Below are positions 34,202-38,466 of a stretch of DNA of 38,466 bases, one piece after another; the stretch's first letter is position 1; the number at the start of each line of letters is the position of its first letter. The DNA lies in contig QAKL01000101.1 of assembly GCA_003343815.1 (NCBI GenBank), positions 1 through 38,466 of the forward strand. The letters are read 5' to 3'. The notes under the pieces were generated by a model. That model saw only the letters and a list, made by a program, of their open reading frames with translations. It did no database searches and was not told where the DNA came from. The stretch comes from Clostridiales bacterium (GTDB taxonomy: Bacteria > Bacillota > Peptococcia > Peptococcales > Peptococcaceae). A program made the translations under genes and the position numbers.

Positions 34202-35182
34202 ATGGGTAAGTTGAAAAAAGCAGTAGCTTTGGCTTTATCCGCAGTGATGTGCTTGTCTTTGGCTGCTTGCGGAGAAAAAGAAGAAGACGTGACGATGAAT
34301 ATCGCGGGACTGAAAGGACCTACGACAATGGGCATGGTTAAATTGATTGACGATGCACAAAACGGCAATACGGAAAATGATTACAATTTCACCATGGCGG
34401 GTACTGCCGATGAAATCACCCCGAAATTAATCCAAGGCGAGTTAGACATTGCCGCCGTACCGTGCAATTTGGCATCGGTTTTGTATAATAAAACCGAGGG
34501 CGGCGTGCAGATTTTGGCGGTTAATACTTTGGGCGTGCTGTATTTAGTGGAAAAGGGCGACAGCGTTAATTCGATCGAGGATTTGCGCGGCAAAACCATT
34601 TATATGACCGGTAAAGGCGCGGTTCCCGAATACACCGTACGCTATATTTTGGAGCAGAACGGTTTAACTGTCGATAGTGATGTCAATATCGAGTGGAAAA
34701 ACGAGGCTAATGAAATCGTCGCACTAATGCAGTCTACCGATGAGGATATAGTAGCTGTTCTGCCGCAGCCTTTTGCGACTGTAGCGCAGACGCAGGTCGA
34801 GGGATTGCATACGGTGATGGATTTAAACGAGGCGTGGAACGCTTTGGATAACGGCAGCCAGATCGTGACCGGTGTCATCGTGGCACGCACCGAGTTTGTC
34901 GAGAAGTATCCGAAACATGTGGAAGCTTTCCTCAAAGAATACTCCGAGTCGATTGATTATGTAGTGAATAATCCCGCTGACGCAGCAACTTTGATCGAAA
35001 ATGTAGGCATCGTGAAAGCAGCTGTGGCGGAAAAAGCTTTGCCCTACTGCAATATCACCTATTTAGACGGCGATGAGATGAAAAACGCAGTAAACGGCTA
35101 TTTGACTGTGCTTTACGAGCAGAACCCGAAAGCTGTCGGCGGTGAATTGCCGGGAGACAATTTCTACTACACCGGCAAATAA
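34202..35182 (+). CDS. ABC transporter substrate-binding lipoprotein (NMT1/THI5-like fold, ligand unknown)
   Basis: The signal peptide carries the lipobox LSLAAC-G. AGLKGPTTMGMVKL...DIAAVPCNLASVLYNK is typical of aliphatic-sulfonate/HMP-type SBPs. Confidence 0.7.
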   Translation: MGKLKKAVALALSAVMCLSLAACGEKEEDVTMNIAGLKGPTTMGMVKLIDDAQNGNTENDYNFTMAGTADEITPKLIQGELDIAAVPCNLASVLYNKTEGGVQILAVNTLGVLYLVEKGDSVNSIEDLRGKTIYMTGKGAVPEYTVRYILEQNGLTVDSDVNIEWKNEANEIVALMQSTDEDIVAVLPQPFATVAQTQVEGLHTVMDLNEAWNALDNGSQIVTGVIVARTEFVEKYPKHVEAFLKEYSESIDYVVNNPADAATLIENVGIVKAAVAEKALPYCNITYLDGDEMKNAVNGYLTVLYEQNPKAVGGELPGDNFYYTGK

Positions 35183-35204
35183 TAAATAAGATGAGCGTAA
35201 AAAA

Positions 35205-35227
35205 GAGCGGATACCCGCTCTTTTTTT
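35205..35227 (+). terminator. Rho-independent terminator
   Basis: GAGCGG-atac-CCGCTC is followed by TTTTTTT, and the A-run upstream extends the stem. Confidence 0.85.
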
Positions 35228-35373
35228 GTGCGTAAAATCGGAAAAATATTTTCCGAAAAGGCAGGAATTTAAATACTAATGTCAAATATAATAAATAAGA
35301 GAATTAATTATATATTAAATAAATAAAAAATGCATAATACTAATATTTAAAATATTTCAAAGGAGGAATTGTT

Positions 35374-37380
35374 ATGAAGGTGTTTGAAACTAACAAAATT
35401 CGCAATGTCGGCATCACAGCCCACGGTGGTGCGGGGAAGACTTCACTGACTGAGTCATTGATCGCTACCTGTCGCGGTACGCGTTTGGGCAGAGTGGACG
35501 ATGGCACCACCGTGACGGATTATCTGCCGGAGGAAATTAAACGCAAAGTTACCATTTCGACCGCGATGTCTCCGGTTGTGTGGCAGGATTACAAGATCAA
35601 TCTTTTGGATACGCCGGGATATTCGGATTTTATCGGCGATGTGATCAGCACGATCGCGGCGGTAGACAGTCTGGTCATGGTTGTCTGCGGCGTTTCAGGA
35701 CCTGAGGTGCAGACGGATGTCGTCTGGGATTACGCCCAAGAAAAAGGTATGCCCCGTATGTTTGTCGTGAATAAATTGGATCGTGAACATGCCTCCTTTG
35801 AAAAGGTTTGGGTGGAACTGCAGGAGCACTACGGTCCGGAGGTCATCCAACTGCATATCCCGATCGGCGAGGAGGAAAATTTCCGCGGCTTTATCGATGT
35901 AATCTCGCATAAGGCTTACGAATTTGACGGAGATAAATTAAAAGAAATCCCGGTGCCGGAGGATCTGAAGATTTTACTGGTAGAGAAATGCTCGACTTTG
36001 ATTGAAGCGGTGGCCGAAGTCGATGATTATGTGATGGAGAAATATTTGGAGGGTGAGGAGATCTGCGAGCAGGATATAGCGCGCGGATTCCGCCAAGGAA
36101 TCAAGCTCGGCAAAATATTCCCTGTATTGTGCGCCAGCGCGATCAATAATAAAGGCGCGGTGCCGATTTTAGACGCGATCATCAAATATTTCCCGGAGCC
36201 CAAGGTCGAGGACGGAGCGAATAAAGCCTTTGTCTTTAAAACAGTAGCCGATCCTTTTGTCGGCAAAATGAGTTTCCTGCGTATTTTGAGCGGTAAATTC
36301 AAATCAGGCGAAACTTTGTATAATGTCAATTTAGGTAAAGAAGAAAAAATCGGCAATCTTTTAACTTTATCCGGCAAAACGCAGGATACTTTGACCGAGG
36401 CAAATGCCGGCGATATCGTCGTGATCGCCAAATTGCAGGAAACGAAAACGGGGCATACCTTGACGACGAAGGGCAGTACGGTCGAGCCTGTATCTGAAAT
36501 AGCTTTCCCTGTGCCTAATCTCACGATGGCAGTTTCTCCGAAGAGCCGCGGTGATGAGGATAAAATGGGCAATGCGTTAGCTCGCCTTTTGGAAGAAGAT
36601 CCGACATTGCGCTCGGGAAAAAATAACGAAACGAAAGAGCAGCTTTTAAGCGGGATCGGCGATATGCATTTGGATATAGTTGCCGAGAGATTTAAAAATA
36701 AATTCGGGGTGGATATTGTTTTAAAAGAGCCGAAGATCCCTTATCGCGAAACGATTAAGAAAAAAGTCGAGGTGCAGGGGCGTCACAAAAAACAATCCGG
36801 CGGCGCAGGACAGTTTGGCGATGTATGGCTCAGGATAGAACCGTATAAGGACGGCGATTTCCTTTTTGGTGAGGAGGTATTCGGCGGAGCGGTGCCGAAA
36901 AACTATTTCCCCGCAGTCGAAAAAGGTGTAGTAGAGGCGATGCGCGAGGGTATCTTGGCAGGGTATCCGGCGACTAATATCAAGGTTACCTTATACGATG
37001 GTTCCTATCATCCGGTAGACTCTAACGAAATGAGTTTTAAAATCGCAGGGGCGTTAGCATTCAAAAAAGGCGCGGAAATGGCTAATCCCGTGATTTTGGA
37101 GCCTATTATGAATTTAACCATAAAAATTCCCGAGCAGTATTTAGGTGATATCATGGGCGATATCAACAGCCGCCGCGGTCGTATTATGGGGATGGATCAT
37201 GAGGGCAAAATGCAGATCATCGAGGCACAGGCACCTATGGCGGAATTAGTGAAATACGCGATTGATCTGAAAGCGATGACCCAAGGACGCGGCAGTTATT
37301 TGAGCGAGTTTGACCATTACGAAGAAGTACCGGCGAAAATAGCCGAAAGTATCATCGCGGCTCATAAAAATAAAGCTTGA
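35374..37380 (+). CDS. Elongation factor G paralogue (EF-G-like translational GTPase)
   Basis: G1 is AHGGAGKTS, G3 is DTPGYSDF, G4 is NKLD. The 668-aa product has EF-G domain IV/V-like regions (HKKQSGGAGQFG). SD AAAGGAGG is present. Confidence 0.8.
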   Translation: MKVFETNKIRNVGITAHGGAGKTSLTESLIATCRGTRLGRVDDGTTVTDYLPEEIKRKVTISTAMSPVVWQDYKINLLDTPGYSDFIGDVISTIAAVDSLVMVVCGVSGPEVQTDVVWDYAQEKGMPRMFVVNKLDREHASFEKVWVELQEHYGPEVIQLHIPIGEEENFRGFIDVISHKAYEFDGDKLKEIPVPEDLKILLVEKCSTLIEAVAEVDDYVMEKYLEGEEICEQDIARGFRQGIKLGKIFPVLCASAINNKGAVPILDAIIKYFPEPKVEDGANKAFVFKTVADPFVGKMSFLRILSGKFKSGETLYNVNLGKEEKIGNLLTLSGKTQDTLTEANAGDIVVIAKLQETKTGHTLTTKGSTVEPVSEIAFPVPNLTMAVSPKSRGDEDKMGNALARLLEEDPTLRSGKNNETKEQLLSGIGDMHLDIVAERFKNKFGVDIVLKEPKIPYRETIKKKVEVQGRHKKQSGGAGQFGDVWLRIEPYKDGDFLFGEEVFGGAVPKNYFPAVEKGVVEAMREGILAGYPATNIKVTLYDGSYHPVDSNEMSFKIAGALAFKKGAEMANPVILEPIMNLTIKIPEQYLGDIMGDINSRRGRIMGMDHEGKMQIIEAQAPMAELVKYAIDLKAMTQGRGSYLSEFDHYEEVPAKIAESIIAAHKNKA

Positions 37381-37409
37381 TTTTATCTTAATATTGGCTA
37401 CACACTTAA

Positions 37410-37451
37410 ACCCTGCTTGTGGGCAAATGCACATGGGCAGGGTCTTCTTTT
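37410..37451 (+). terminator. Rho-independent terminator after the EF-G-like gene
   Basis: ACCCTGC...GCAGGGT forms the stem, with additional inner pairing, followed by CTTCTTTT. Confidence 0.55.
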
Positions 37452-37586
37452 GTCGAAAAAGCGAATATTATGTAATAAATTTCCAAAATTAACATTTGCC
37501 GAAAAACTTTACTTTTTTTGAAATATAATATATGATATGAATATATTACAAATATATATATAAATTTACAAAAAGGAGAGGGTAAG

Positions 37587-38466
37587 ATGATTTATCCACA
37601 GAAAAAGGACGAGCAGTATGGCATAGGGACGATTTTTGCCGCACAAACAAAGGATAAGGAGGTGAGAAATAAGCCGTTTGCTTTGGTTGAAACGGAAAAT
37701 ATCGCTGATGAGGACGGCGTGATTGACCTGTTGGCGGATAATCTGCTGTATGACAGCTCAAGCGGAGGAGTTATGCTGATTGATTCAAAGCTGCTTAAGC
37801 CGCTAAATGCTAAGGCTGAAACGAAAGAGGAGAGTCGAGGATTTGGCGCAATTCAGAGCACAGCAAAGGAAACTAACGATAAGCCCACTACGATCATGGC
37901 GCAAGGCGCACATTTACCAGGTGGGAAAAGCTTTGGCGGGCGTGGTTCTAATACGGCGCCTAAACCAATTATGCCGACTGTCGCGCAAAAGCCGCAAAGT
38001 GCGAAAACAACAATTTTGCAATCGCAGGCTAAAGAACAAATTAGCGGCGTACAGCCAAAGCAGGACGAAAAGAACGGGTGGGATACAGCCTCTAATATAA
38101 CTGATACATTTGGTAAAGCAGCGGACATTCCGCAGGCAGTATATAATTATGACGATGCGGCAAAGGATGTCGGTAAATGGATAGATAAAAGCGGAAGTCG
38201 TTTGCAAAAGCCGCAAAAATGGGACGATCTTGTAAAGCAGCTGAGTCAGGCCGACTATGATTTGGCAGCGGACATAGCTAAGAAATTTAACACTAAAACT
38301 GCCCGCGGAGCGTTTGGCGCGATGGACGTATCCTCTATGATGGTGGATATTACCAATGATTTAGTGAGCCAAAAACGTATCAGTCGAGCTACAGGCGATA
38401 AACTGGCAAAATATTTTATGACAGAGGTAGGCATAAAAGTAGCAAGCAGAGCGATAGCTGGTGTAG
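37587..38466 (+). CDS. Partial (open-ended) hypothetical protein
   Basis: ATG 37587 follows AAAAGGAGAGGG. The frame stays open to the window end (293 codons), so it is absent from the track. It supersedes track ORFs 37807..38100(+), 37853..38128(-) and 37914..38216(-). The middle is low-complexity and Lys/Gln/Pro-rich. Confidence 0.6.
   Translation, partial: MIYPQKKDEQYGIGTIFAAQTKDKEVRNKPFALVETENIADEDGVIDLLADNLLYDSSSGGVMLIDSKLLKPLNAKAETKEESRGFGAIQSTAKETNDKPTTIMAQGAHLPGGKSFGGRGSNTAPKPIMPTVAQKPQSAKTTILQSQAKEQISGVQPKQDEKNGWDTASNITDTFGKAADIPQAVYNYDDAAKDVGKWIDKSGSRLQKPQKWDDLVKQLSQADYDLAADIAKKFNTKTARGAFGAMDVSSMMVDITNDLVSQKRISRATGDKLAKYFMTEVGIKVASRAIAGV

Noticed and set aside
35374-37380. EF-G-like gene as a Tet(M)/Tet(O)-type ribosomal protection gene carried with the Tn916-like int
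   Set aside because: It lies outside the element, beyond int, the junction spacer and a host SBP gene with its own terminator. In Tn916, tet(M) is upstream of xis-int. The G1 motif AHGGAGKTS and the 668-aa length fit EF-G paralogues better than Tet(M) as I remember it (AHVDAGKTT, ~639 aa).
1-38466. CRISPR arrays, rRNA genes, IS elements
   Set aside because: No regularly spaced direct repeats, rRNA-like conserved segments or transposase-like ORFs were seen on either strand.

Overview
Positions 1 to about 33.9 kb are the right-hand part of a temperate siphovirus-type prophage in a low-GC Gram-positive, Clostridia-like host. The host call rests on AGGAGG-type Shine-Dalgarno (SD) sites, SLH and copper-amine-oxidase-N wall-binding domains, and a Tn916-type Xis/Int pair. 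Nearly all phage genes are on the + strand. In order they are: two PD-(D/E)XK nucleases, a 913-aa single-chain two-barrel (YonO-like) RNA polymerase homologue, small packaging-region genes, an HNH endonuclease, a tail-fibre/XkdX/lysin block, TerL, portal, a prohead-protease/major-capsid fusion, connector proteins, major tail protein, chaperones, an M23 peptidase, a ~1925-aa tape measure, Dit, a Gp37-like protein, a fibre, a Dp-1-type holin, then Xis and Int at the right end. Host genes follow: a lipoprotein ABC substrate-binding protein, an EF-G paralogue and an open-ended ORF. The left prophage boundary lies outside the window. No rRNA, tRNA or CRISPR array was seen. Five things stand out. 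(1) The RNAP homologue carries beta-like and beta-prime-like (DFDGD) barrel motifs plus fused HTH modules. (2) A conserved N-terminal leader (ELYHYGVKGM[RK]WG) is shared by three small ORFs and, in degenerate form, by the RNAP. (3) One leader protein carries a DUF6883-like toxin-type C-terminus followed by two small immunity-like ORFs and a terminator. (4) The only minus-strand genes in the phage (305 aa and 387 aa, plus an edge-truncated one) sit at module junctions, two of them divergently paired with leader ORFs. (5) Late gene order is scrambled, and the lysin candidate (a papain C1 peptidase) lies ~20 kb from the holin. All family assignments come from motif recognition by eye and from memory, not from database searches.
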